From contig CAYVNS010000004.1 in assembly GCA_964453225.1 (NCBI GenBank), forward strand, positions 63,640 to 127,639: DNA of 64,000 nt, given 5' to 3'. The notes beneath the pieces are model-generated. The model made no database searches and had not been told where the DNA came from. It worked only from the letters and a program-made list of their open reading frames with translations. Source of the stretch: an uncultured Rhodospirillaceae bacterium. Its GTDB lineage: Bacteria; Pseudomonadota; Alphaproteobacteria; UBA9219. This document shows positions 49,839 to 58,487 of the stretch, piece after piece. Each line of letters begins with the position of its first letter. Position 1 is the first letter of the stretch. A program made the translations under genes and the position numbers.

Positions 49839-51421
49839 ATCAGGACCTGACGGTTCGGCTTGAGGAGGCCGCGCATTGCCACGCGCAGGGCAGGCTCGAT
49901 GTGGCTGCCGCGATGTATCACGAGATCATCGCCCAGTGGCCCTACGAGCCGCAAGCCCTGCACATGCTGGGCGTCATCGCCCAGCAGCAGGGAAATACGC
50001 AGCTTGCCCTCAGCTGGATCGACGCCGCCTTAACGGTCAAGCCCGATTTCGTCGAAGCCCGTTATAACCGCAGCGTTATTCTGCGCGCCCTTGGGCGGAA
50101 CGACGAAGCGCTTCAGTCCGCCTACAAGGCGCTTGATCTGTCGCCCGATTTTGCGCCCGCGTGGGACATGGCGGGCCAGGTTCTTTCCGATCAGGGGCAT
50201 TACGAGCACGCGCGCAAAGCCTACATGATCGCCATCGAGCTGTCGCCCGACAACGCGCAGTTTCACGGCAATTACGCGCTGCTGTTGCTGACGCTGGACG
50301 ACTGGCGCGACGCCTACCGTGAAGCGAGAAAGGCCTGCGATCTCGACCCCCAATACCCGCCGATGGTTCTTGGCAATATTTTATGGAGCGTGGGCTATCC
50401 TGAAAAAGCGGCCCCGTATTTTGCCAAAGCGCGTCCTCTTATGCCCCATCCGTCGGAAGCCTATGCCAGCGAAGCGATGGCGCATCTGCAAATGGGCGAC
50501 ATGGAGGAAGGACTGGCGCTTTATGAAAATCGCCCCGATCTTTCGCCCGAACTTAGAACCATCCCTTTCTGGCACGGCCCCAGAGCCGAAAGCCTCCTGC
50601 TTTACGAGGATCAGGGCATGGGCGACGCCCTTCAGTTTCTGCGCTATCTTCCGCTCCTCAAGGGGCGCATCGGCGAAACCACGCTTCGCCTGCGCACGCC
50701 TTTGGTCGAGCTTGCCGCCGCCAACTTCCCCAATGTCCGCGTGCTATCCGAAAAAGAGCCCCTGCCGCCGGTCGAAGCGCGGTGCCGCCTTTCAAGCCTG
50801 CCTTTCCATTTCGCCACGCGCCTGAACAATATTCCTGCGGCCCCTTACCTCAAGCCTCCCGAAAACGAGGGCGCGCGCGGCTTTCCCTTGAAAGATGCGA
50901 AACAACCGCGCATCGGCCTCGTTTGGGCCGGCAACGCCAAATTCCACAACGACGGCGTGCGCTCCATCCCCTTCGACGCCTTGGGCCCCCTGCTCAATTG
51001 CGGCGCGCCGCATTTTGTCTCGCTTCAAAAAGACCACTCCGAAAATCTTGTGCGCGCGGGCGTTCTCGATGCCGCCCCGAAATTAAACACCTTCGCCGAA
51101 ACGGCGGCGCTCATGGCCGAGCTCGACCTTATCGTATCCGTCGATACGGCGGCGGCGCATCTGGCGGGCGCGATGGGCAAGCCTGTTTTTATCCTGCTGG
51201 CCTTCAATGCCGACTGGCGCTGGATGATCGGGCGCGAAGATACCCCGTGGTATCCACAGGCGCGCCTCTTCCGGCAAAAAAGCCCGGGCGACTGGGACGG
51301 CGTGATCGCCGAAGTCGCCGCTGAGGTTCACAAATTCCTGGCCGGGGATGCAAGCGTCCTCGCGCCCCGCCCATGGACAGACCCGCCCTTGCGCCAAAAC
51401 CCACATGCTTTGGAACTGTAA
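49805..51421 (+). CDS. TPR-repeat protein fused to a GT9-like (heptosyltransferase-fold) glycosyltransferase domain
   Basis: The N-terminal TPR units include AAAMYHEIIAQWPYEPQALHMLGVIAQQQGN. The C-terminus has YEDQGMGDALQFLRYLP and VSVDTAAAHLAGAMGKPVFILL, typical of the GT9 family. The start is uncertain (GTG at 49805 overlaps the upstream gene). Confidence 0.65.
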   Translation: MVRLCPVGGRLNQDLTVRLEEAAHCHAQGRLDVAAAMYHEIIAQWPYEPQALHMLGVIAQQQGNTQLALSWIDAALTVKPDFVEARYNRSVILRALGRNDEALQSAYKALDLSPDFAPAWDMAGQVLSDQGHYEHARKAYMIAIELSPDNAQFHGNYALLLLTLDDWRDAYREARKACDLDPQYPPMVLGNILWSVGYPEKAAPYFAKARPLMPHPSEAYASEAMAHLQMGDMEEGLALYENRPDLSPELRTIPFWHGPRAESLLLYEDQGMGDALQFLRYLPLLKGRIGETTLRLRTPLVELAAANFPNVRVLSEKEPLPPVEARCRLSSLPFHFATRLNNIPAAPYLKPPENEGARGFPLKDAKQPRIGLVWAGNAKFHNDGVRSIPFDALGPLLNCGAPHFVSLQKDHSENLVRAGVLDAAPKLNTFAETAALMAELDLIVSVDTAAAHLAGAMGKPVFILLAFNADWRWMIGREDTPWYPQARLFRQKSPGDWDGVIAEVAAEVHKFLAGDASVLAPRPWTDPPLRQNPHALEL

Positions 51422-51456
51422 GAATTCTTTAAAATCAAATTATCAAATTAAAACTT

Positions 51457-51483
51457 CGTCATGCCCGCAACGGCGGGCATCCC
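51457..51483. repeat. Single GC-hairpin repeat unit
   Basis: cgtcatgcccgcaacggcgggcatccc, preceded by AT-rich ttatcaaatta as at 59490. Confidence 0.75.
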
Positions 51484-51548
51484 ATGTGTTTTTCTTTCGT
51501 TCACAAAACTGTATTTTGAATATCCCGAAACAAGGGTAATATGCCCCC

Positions 51549-52658
51549 ATGCCCCACCGCATAAAAAACCTCTTCATCGATCTTTTATCCTTTTTCTCCC
51601 CCTCGCCGCTACGCGCGCTTGTGGAGCAAACGATCCGCGTCGAAGGCCCCATCACGATCGAACGCTATATGCAGACCGTCCTTCAGCATCCGAAGCACGG
51701 CTATTACAGAACGGGCGACCCCATCGGCCATGCGCGCGATTTCTGCACCGCGCCCGAAGCGAGCCAGGTGTTCGGCGAGATGATCGGCGTCTGGTGCGTC
51801 GACGCGTGGCAAAAAATGGGAAAGCCCGATCCCTTCGTCCTTCTGGAACTCGGCCCCGGGCGCGGCACGCTGATGCGCGATTTGCTGCGCTTTACGGAAT
51901 CCGTCGACGGCTTTCAACGGGCGATGACGCTTTCCTTTTTTGAGAGCAACGAAACCTTGCGCGACATTCAAAAACAAAGGCTCGCGCGTTATAACCCCTC
52001 TTATATCGATGACCTGACGCAGCTTCCCCCGCATCCCTTGTTGTTCATCGCGAACGAATTTTTCGATAATCTTCCGATCCGGCAATTCATAAAAACCGAA
52101 GACGGATGGCAGGAGACGCTGGTGGGGCTGGAGCGCGGCAAGCTGGCTCTGGTCAAAGGCGCAAGCGCGGCTTTTCTGCCGAGCCCCATGGCCGCGTCGC
52201 ACATCCGGTCTCCCAAAGCGGGCAATGTGTATGAAATTTCCGAATTGGCGCAAACCATAGTCGCGCGGCTCGCCTCGCACGCGACGCGCTATAGCGGCGC
52301 GGGCTTGATCGTCGATTACGGCTACACCTCGCCTCCCGGCATGGGAACGCTGGACGCGTGGCATCGTTCAACCGCGACCAGCATCCTCGCCAAGCCCGGC
52401 AAAACGGATGTCACGGCGGATGTCGATTTCATCGCCCTTGCGCATGCCGCCAAGCAGCAAGCGGCGCAAACGATTTTGATGACGCAGGGCGAATTTCTTA
52501 TAAACCTCGGCACGAACTCGCGCGTACAGGCGCTGAAAAACGGCCAGCCGCCGCGCATCCAGAAACGCATCGACGACGCTTTTGACCAGCTGGTTTCCAT
52601 CTATAAAATGGGCGAGAAATGGAAAGCGCTGATTGTGAACGGCCGCGTGCGGAATTAG
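51549..52658 (+). CDS. SAM-dependent methyltransferase of the MidA/NDUFAF7 (DUF185) family
   Basis: IERYMQTVLQHPKHGYYRTGDPIG..DFCTAPEASQVFGEMIGVW and ELGPGRGTLM match the NDUFAF7-like pattern. Confidence 0.8.
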   Translation: MPHRIKNLFIDLLSFFSPSPLRALVEQTIRVEGPITIERYMQTVLQHPKHGYYRTGDPIGHARDFCTAPEASQVFGEMIGVWCVDAWQKMGKPDPFVLLELGPGRGTLMRDLLRFTESVDGFQRAMTLSFFESNETLRDIQKQRLARYNPSYIDDLTQLPPHPLLFIANEFFDNLPIRQFIKTEDGWQETLVGLERGKLALVKGASAAFLPSPMAASHIRSPKAGNVYEISELAQTIVARLASHATRYSGAGLIVDYGYTSPPGMGTLDAWHRSTATSILAKPGKTDVTADVDFIALAHAAKQQAAQTILMTQGEFLINLGTNSRVQALKNGQPPRIQKRIDDAFDQLVSIYKMGEKWKALIVNGRVRN

Positions 52659-52828
52659 CGAAAGCCTGATCGAACCCGCAACATAAAACCATTGTCCTGC
52701 AAGCTTTTTCGGATCGATATGCTTAACGAGCTTTTTCTGTTTTGCGTGCGTCCTGCGCATTACTTTCATGCCTGCATCAGCGGCAGACTCCGGCGAAGCC
52801 TCCCATCTGTATATTTCTATAAGGAACT

Positions 52829-52872
52829 TGGAGCGGGTGAAGGGAATCGAACCCACGTGACCAGCTTGGAAG
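52829..52872 (-). pseudogene. tRNA-Gly 3'-half fragment (44 nt, 1 mismatch), duplicated with ~18 nt of 3' flank
   Basis: tggagcgggtgaagggaatcgaacccacgtgaccagcttggaag matches 52959-53002 of the intact gene. No 5' acceptor strand is present. Confidence 0.8.
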
Positions 52873-52904
52873 ATTTTGGCTTGCGCTGCCATTAGAACAA
52901 ACCC

Positions 52905-52933
52905 CGTCATCCTCCGCGAAGGCGGAGGATCCC
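52905..52933. repeat. Single GC-hairpin repeat unit between the tRNA-Gly fragment and tRNA-Gly
   Basis: cgtcatcctccgcgaaggcggaggatccc. Confidence 0.7.
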
Positions 52934-52958
52934 ATTTTGTTAATTTCTATAGGGAAAT

Positions 52959-53032
52959 TGGAGCGGGTGATGGGAATCGAACCCACGTGACCAGCTTGGA
53001 AGGCTGGGGCTCTACCATTGAGCTACACCCGC
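52959..53032 (-). tRNA. tRNA-Gly (anticodon TCC)
   Basis: The reverse complement is GCGGGTG-TA-GCTC-AATGGTA-GAGC-C-CCAGC-CTTCCAA-GCTGG-TCAC-GTGGG-TTCGATT-CCCAT-CACCCGC-TCCA. Confidence 0.9.
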
Positions 53033-53173
53033 ATCTAAAAAAACACTAACGAGCCTCTCGCCTCAATTCAAGTATGCTCGCCTTCGCTCGCGGGCATTGA
53101 GCTACACCCGCATCTAAAAAAACACTAACGAGCCTCTCGCCGCGATTCAAGTTTGTTCGCTGGAGCCTGCCCC
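53016..53173. repeat. Tandem duplication (period 79 bp) of the tRNA-Gly 5' end (17 nt) plus its upstream flank
   Basis: cattgagctacacccgcatctaaaaaaacactaacgagcctctcgcc occurs at 53016 and again at 53095. Confidence 0.8.
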
Positions 53174-53288
53174 GTGCTACGACACGGGGCGAGCGGGTTT
53201 CTGGCAGACCCGCTTCCGGGACGCCTTTATATCAACCGCCTCGCCTTATGCGAAGCAAATTTTTCATCGATAAACAAGAACTTTAGAA

Positions 53289-53311
53289 CCCCTAGCCCCA
53301 AATCCCTAGCC
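53289..53311. repeat. Complement-orientation copy of the G-rich repeat at the recN 3' end
   Basis: cccctagccccaaatccctagcc. Confidence 0.55.
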
Positions 53312-54988
53312 TCTGCCTCTCCGGCTCCCCTTCTCCCCCATCAAGCTTTCCGCCGCTTTGCGCGCAGCGTCGGTTACTTCCGCGCCTGCCAGCATGCGGG
53401 CGATTTCCTCGCGCCGTGCGGCTTTATCCAGAATATCGACTTCCGTCACCGTTTTCTTGCCGTCGGCGCGCTTATTCACGCGCAAATGGTTCGTAGCGCG
53501 CGCCGCGACTTGCGGGCTATGCGTCACCACAAGCACCTGCACGTCCTCGGCCAGTTGCGCCAGCCGCTCGCCCACAGCCGAGGCCACCGCGCCGCCGATC
53601 CCCGTATCCACTTCGTCGAACACAAGAACCGGCACGGGATCCGCCGCAGCCAGAACGGTTTTTAGCGCCAGCATGAAGCGCGCCAGCTCGCCACCCGAAG
53701 CGATTTTTTGCAAGGGCCCGGGGGCGCTTCCTGTATTCGTCGCTGCGAGAAAGGTCGCCTTGTCCATGCCGTCCGCCGTCCACTGCTCTTCCGCAAGCGC
53801 CGCCACGTCGACCGTGAACGCCGCGCGCTCCAGCTTTAAGGGCGGCAATTCCATGCCTATCGCCTTTTCCAGCTTCAGTGCCGCCGCCTTGCGCTTCGCG
53901 CGTAAATCCTCAGCCAGCTTCGCATAAGCCTGGCGCGCTTTGGCCGCGCTATCCGCCAGCTTCGCGATCTCCCCGCCTTCGTCCTCCAGCAAAGCCAGCC
54001 GCATCGCTAAATCCTTCAACACCTGCGGCAACGCCTCCACATCGACGCCATGCTTCCGCGACGCGGCGCGAAGCGCGAACAAGCGCTCCTCGATCCTCTC
54101 CAAGGCATGGGGCTGCGCGTCCATTTGCGCCGTGAACCGCGCCAACTGCGACGACGCCTCGTTGCTTTCGTTAAGCGCGCGATCAAGCGCCCCCAATACC
54201 TCGGCCAACGCGGGCGCTTTATCGGTCATGCGCGCTATCGCTTTTCCGGCTCCCGCCAATGTCGCAATCGCGCCGCGTTCGCCGTCCAAAGCCGTCTCGG
54301 CGGTTGAAAGGGCGTCCATAATCTTCTCGCGATGCTGAAGCGCCGACCTTTCCGCCGCCAAGGCATCGGCTTCGCCTGTTTTCGGCGCAAGACCCTCAAG
54401 CTCGGTCACGGCGACACGAAGATAATCCTCCTCGGCCCGCGCGCGCGCGCTGTTCGCCCGGGCTTCTTCCAGCGCGGATTCCGCCGTCTTCCATTCAGCG
54501 AAAGCCTTGGCGGTTTTCCCGCGCAAAGGCTCCAATTTCCCGAAAGCGTCCAACAGGCCTCTGTGCGTCGCCGCGTTTAAAAGGCCATGCGTCTCGAACT
54601 GCCCGTGGATTTCCAATAAACTTTCGCCGAATTGCTTCAGAAGGCCTACCCCGATGGGCTGGTCGTTAAAGAACGCGCGCGTTTTGCCGTCCTTGGCGAT
54701 CACGCGGCGCAGAACAACCGGGTTCCCGGCGCAGAGGCCCTGCTCTTTTGCCAAAGCGAAAAGCGCATGATCCTTTTTCAACTGGAATTCAGCGGCCACG
54801 GAAGCCTGCGCCGCCCCGCGCCGCACCAGCGAGGCGTCGCTGCGCTCGCCAAGCGCAAGCCCCAAAGCGTCGAGCAAAATGGACTTCCCCGCGCCGGTCT
54901 CGCCGGTAAAAACATTCAGCCCGCCTTCGAACGGCAGGGCCAGCTTTTCGATCAGCACCACATCGTGAATGACGAGGCGGGAGAGCAT
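53306..54988 (-). CDS. recN: DNA repair protein RecN
   Basis: MLSRLVIHDVVLIEKL...VFTGETGAGKSILLDAL (Walker A) and the C-terminal ASGGELARFMLAL...LVFDEVDTGIGG. Confidence 0.95.
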   Translation of the reverse strand: MLSRLVIHDVVLIEKLALPFEGGLNVFTGETGAGKSILLDALGLALGERSDASLVRRGAAQASVAAEFQLKKDHALFALAKEQGLCAGNPVVLRRVIAKDGKTRAFFNDQPIGVGLLKQFGESLLEIHGQFETHGLLNAATHRGLLDAFGKLEPLRGKTAKAFAEWKTAESALEEARANSARARAEEDYLRVAVTELEGLAPKTGEADALAAERSALQHREKIMDALSTAETALDGERGAIATLAGAGKAIARMTDKAPALAEVLGALDRALNESNEASSQLARFTAQMDAQPHALERIEERLFALRAASRKHGVDVEALPQVLKDLAMRLALLEDEGGEIAKLADSAAKARQAYAKLAEDLRAKRKAAALKLEKAIGMELPPLKLERAAFTVDVAALAEEQWTADGMDKATFLAATNTGSAPGPLQKIASGGELARFMLALKTVLAAADPVPVLVFDEVDTGIGGAVASAVGERLAQLAEDVQVLVVTHSPQVAARATNHLRVNKRADGKKTVTEVDILDKAARREEIARMLAGAEVTDAARKAAESLMGEKGSRRGRG

Positions 54989-54997
54989 ACACAGGCC

Positions 54998-55789
54998 CTA
55001 TTTCGGATTTTCAATACTAACGCCTCTTTCACGCAACAAATTGTACGCGTCCTGATACCATTCGCTGCCCGGAAAATTGTGGCCCAGAACGGCGGCGTTT
55101 TTCTTGGCTTCGTCCAGCATGCCCAGCGCGGCATAGCACTCCACAAGGCGCAGCAAAGCCTCGGGCACATGGCTCGTCGTCTGGAACTTATCCACCACGG
55201 CCCGGAAGCGACCGATGGCCGCAATATAAAGATGCTGCTTGATGTAATAACGGCCCACCTGCATCTCGGCGCCCGCGAGATGATCGTTGATCAGCGCGAT
55301 TTTCAGAACGGCGTCCTTGGCGTAGTCGGAATCGGGGAAGCGGTTCACGACATCCTGCAAGCCTTTTTGCGCATCGCGCGCATAGGCCTGATCGCGCCGC
55401 ACATCCAAAATGCGCTCGTAATGACATAGCGCCCTTAGATAATACGCATAGCCAATATCGCTATGGCCGGGATGAAGCTCGATAAATTGGTCCAAAGCCT
55501 TCACGGCTTCGTCATAGTCCATGTTCTGATAGAAGGCATAAGCCTCCATGATTTCGGCCCGCGCCGCCCACTGCGAATAAGGATGCTGGCGGTCCACTTC
55601 CGCGAAATGCTTTGCGGCATCCTTGTATTCGCCGCTGTTCAGGGAATCGAGCGCCTTGTTGTACAGCTCGTCCACCGGCTCCTCGGGAACCAGTTCCTCT
55701 TTCACGTCGCTTGCGCACGCGAAAAGAAAGCCCAGCAAGGCGAAAACGGTCAGAAATTTAAAGGGGGCGGCAAAGGATGAAAAACGCAT
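54998..55789 (-). CDS. bamD: Outer membrane protein assembly factor BamD
   Basis: The lipobox is LGFLFAC. TPR-like repeats are present, and the DYDEAV...HP...Y pattern is typical of BamD/YfiO. Confidence 0.85.
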   Translation of the reverse strand: MRFSSFAAPFKFLTVFALLGFLFACASDVKEELVPEEPVDELYNKALDSLNSGEYKDAAKHFAEVDRQHPYSQWAARAEIMEAYAFYQNMDYDEAVKALDQFIELHPGHSDIGYAYYLRALCHYERILDVRRDQAYARDAQKGLQDVVNRFPDSDYAKDAVLKIALINDHLAGAEMQVGRYYIKQHLYIAAIGRFRAVVDKFQTTSHVPEALLRLVECYAALGMLDEAKKNAAVLGHNFPGSEWYQDAYNLLRERGVSIENPK

Positions 55790-55932
55790 GGAATCAGACC
55801 TGATGGTTTGGATAGCCGCTTATAGCATGAATTGCCGCCTTTAAAATACACATAGAAAAGCGCTACCGGGCGGCGAAAATCCTCGTGATCCCGCAAAACC
55901 GGGCATCCCTTTTGGTTTTAGATAAGGAAAAC

Positions 55933-56889
55933 CTAAACCGCCGCCGCGGTAAAATCGGCGGCGCATTCCACAACGCGCCACGCCTTCGGCGTGTTGAACA
56001 AAGCGTGCAACAAGCGGTTATTCAGGGCATGGCCGCTGCAATAGCCTTCGAAGTGGCCGCGAATGGGCATACCGGCGAGGGTCAGATCGCCAATGGCGTC
56101 CAGAACCTTGTGACGCACGAATTCATCCCCGTAACGAAGGCCTTCTTCGTTCAGCACGCGCCCGTCCTTGATGATGATGGAATTCTGCAAGGACCCGCCA
56201 AGCGCCAGCCCCATTTTCTGCATCTGATCCACTTCTTCGAAGAAACCGAACGTGCGCGCGCGGCTGATTTCATTCTTGAAATTGTCGTGTGTCACCGTCA
56301 CATCGCAACTTTGTTTCAAAATAGGCGCGCTTTTGAAATCGATCGTCATGCTATAGCGCGCGCCGTCATAAGGCGACAAGCGGACCTTGCGCCCGCTTTG
56401 CTCCACCTCGACGGCGGACAGGATCTCGATCTCCCTTTTGGGCGCGTCCTGCTCGGCCGTGCCCGCAATGTCGATCAGAAGAACGAAGGAATCGGCGCTG
56501 CCGTCCATAACCGGCACTTCGGGCCCGTCGATTTCAATGCGGATATTATCGATGCCGCAAGCGTTGATCGCCGCCATAAGATGCTCGATGGTTCCCACTT
56601 TGCCGCCTTGATCGTTGCCGACGACCGTGCAAAGCTTCGTATCGACAACGGTGTCCCAACGCGCCTTGATCGAGCGCGCGCCGTTCAGCAAATCCGTGCG
56701 AACAAAAACAATGCCGGTATCTTTTTCGGCCGGGCATAGCCGCATGGTAACTTTCTTGCCGGAATGAACGCCGACGCCGTTGCATTCAACCGCCTTGGCG
56801 AGCGTTTTTTGAGCGCGCGACAAAGGCGCCCCCATCGCGGGGGAAAGAAGAATGGCTTTTTCGCCATAAGGAACAGAATGATAAGACAT
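55933..56889 (-). CDS. lpxC: UDP-3-O-acyl-N-acetylglucosamine deacetylase
   Basis: QKTLAKAVECNGVGVHSGKKV...TIEHLMAA...GFFEEV...HKVLDAIGDL are LpxC hallmarks. The start MSYHS at 56889 is preferred. Confidence 0.9.
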   Translation of the reverse strand: MSYHSVPYGEKAILLSPAMGAPLSRAQKTLAKAVECNGVGVHSGKKVTMRLCPAEKDTGIVFVRTDLLNGARSIKARWDTVVDTKLCTVVGNDQGGKVGTIEHLMAAINACGIDNIRIEIDGPEVPVMDGSADSFVLLIDIAGTAEQDAPKREIEILSAVEVEQSGRKVRLSPYDGARYSMTIDFKSAPILKQSCDVTVTHDNFKNEISRARTFGFFEEVDQMQKMGLALGGSLQNSIIIKDGRVLNEEGLRYGDEFVRHKVLDAIGDLTLAGMPIRGHFEGYCSGHALNNRLLHALFNTPKAWRVVECAADFTAAAV

Positions 56890-57188
56890 CAAATAAAACC
56901 TAAAGAGAATCGACACAAATCCATGTTCTTTGTACCCCACCCCCCAAGACAGCTGAAAGACAAGCATTCTTACGGAATGTTACACACTCAAGTGGTTGAA
57001 TCTAAAGAATGTTTCAGGAATCGCTTTTAAAACATCATGGCGGGAATGTGTCGGCACCTAAAAGCTCGGTAAGGACGCGAACCCCTTGTTATGGTTAAGC
57101 TTTAACCTGAAGTTTGCAGACTAACCTGCGGGTTTTACCCTTTTTTTACCTTCGTTGACGCATGATTAACCGCCTCCACCATTAGACC

Positions 57189-57449
57189 ATGAGGAGAATT
57201 CCCTTGAGCACAAAGACCATAGAAAAAACCGTCCTTGTTTTAGGCTTGTTGTCCATGACCGCATGCGCCGATATGAACGCGCGCGAACAACGAATCCTGA
57301 CGGGGGCCGCCGCGGGCACAGCCATCGGCGCGGCCGGAACCGTTCTTACGGGTGGTTGCGTCGCCTGCGGTGCCGCCATCGGCGCGGGCGTCGGCGCAGC
57401 CGGCGGCTTCGTCATGGATCAAATGTATCCTGAACCCGGCCACAGATGA
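57189..57449 (+). CDS. Small Gly-zipper lipoprotein
   Basis: The signal peptide ends LGLLSMTAC. The Gly-zipper is GAAAGTAIGAAGTVLTGG...GAAIGAGVGAAGG. Its stop overlaps the nadQ start (ATGA). Confidence 0.5.
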   Translation: MRRIPLSTKTIEKTVLVLGLLSMTACADMNAREQRILTGAAAGTAIGAAGTVLTGGCVACGAAIGAGVGAAGGFVMDQMYPEPGHR

Positions 57450-58348
57450 GGCGGGAAGTCAAAGCCGTCCTACATATTGAACTCAATGCCGTTATTGTCG
57501 CCGTGGCAAAGGGCGAGCCTTACCTGCTGACGGATAAAGACCACGCGCTGCCTTCGGGGCCTTTCGAAGGGGCGCATCGCACGCTGGAGCAAGGCTTGCG
57601 CGAATGGGCCAAGCGGAAAGGGCATCAGTCGCTGGGCTACGTCGAACAGCTTTATACCTTCGCCGACCGCGGCCGGACGGAAAAAACAGGGCGCGATGTC
57701 TCCATCGGCTATTTGGCGCTGGTTCACGAGCCTTCCGATATTCTAGGCGGCGCGTGGTCGCCTTGGTATGCGCATTTCCCGTGGGAAGATCATCGCAAGG
57801 GCAGGCCCGCGCTCCTTGACGAAAAAATCATTCCCGCGCTGATGACATGGAAAGCGGCCGCGCCGGACGCCAAAACAAAAAAAGCCCGCGCGCAACGCAT
57901 CGGGATCGCCTTTCCGTCCGATCCGAAAGCCTGGAACGAGGAACTCGTTCTTCAGCGCTACGAGCTGTTGTGGGAAGCGGGGCTGGCGGAGGAAACGGGC
58001 AAGAAAACAAAAAGCGCGCTCGGCCTTGCGATGCCTTACGACCACCGCCGCATCGTCGCGACAGCGATTGCGCGGCTGCGCACGAAAATCAAATACCGCC
58101 CCGTTGTTTTCGAGCTTCTGCCCAAATCATTCACCCTCCTCCAGCTTCAGAATACGGTCGAAGCGCTTGCCGGCCTTTGCCTGCATAAACAAAATTTCCG
58201 CCGCCTTGTGGAAGCGCAGGGCCTTGTGGAGGAGACCGGCGCGATAGCCCGCGGAACTTCCGGCAGGCCCGCGAAATTATTCGCCTTTCGCGGCAAAGTG
58301 TTGCAAGAACGCGCCGCCGCCGGGACAAAATTGCCCAGAACGAGCTGA
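57446..58348 (+). CDS. nadQ: NadQ-family (COG4111, Nudix-related) transcriptional regulator of NAD biosynthesis
   Basis: A 300-aa protein directly upstream of nadA-nadB-nadC. It has a Nudix-like N-terminal region with a degenerate Nudix box and a basic C-terminal region. The assignment rests on context and recollection of the family. Confidence 0.55.
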   Translation: MRREVKAVLHIELNAVIVAVAKGEPYLLTDKDHALPSGPFEGAHRTLEQGLREWAKRKGHQSLGYVEQLYTFADRGRTEKTGRDVSIGYLALVHEPSDILGGAWSPWYAHFPWEDHRKGRPALLDEKIIPALMTWKAAAPDAKTKKARAQRIGIAFPSDPKAWNEELVLQRYELLWEAGLAEETGKKTKSALGLAMPYDHRRIVATAIARLRTKIKYRPVVFELLPKSFTLLQLQNTVEALAGLCLHKQNFRRLVEAQGLVEETGAIARGTSGRPAKLFAFRGKVLQERAAAGTKLPRTS

Positions 58349-58442
58349 TACATTTGCTTTTTTTAGAAATAGCTTTTAAATGCGCGTCAGGGTAGAGTAA
58401 AAAGCCTTGGAGCTTTTTCGGCTCTTTTTTTGGATCCACTTA

Positions 58443-58459
58443 ATGCTCAAGTTGAGCAT
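58443..58459. promoter_or_regulatory. Perfect 8-1-8 palindrome ATGCTCAA-g-TTGAGCAT, a candidate NadQ operator in front of nadA
   Basis: It lies 29 nt upstream of the nadA ATG (58488). The half-sites ATGCTCA/TGAGCAT are separated by 3 nt. Confidence 0.5.
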
Positions 58460-58487
58460 AATATCGCGCCGGGGAACGAAGAAAAGA

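Noticed and set aside
52368-52986. ORFs 52368..52910 (-) and 52777..52986 (-)
   Set aside because: They run through the end of the NDUFAF7-like gene, the tRNA-Gly fragment, a hairpin repeat and part of tRNA-Gly. The region is explained by RNA and repeat features.
55885-56739. 284-aa plus-strand ORF
   Set aside because: It is antisense to lpxC.
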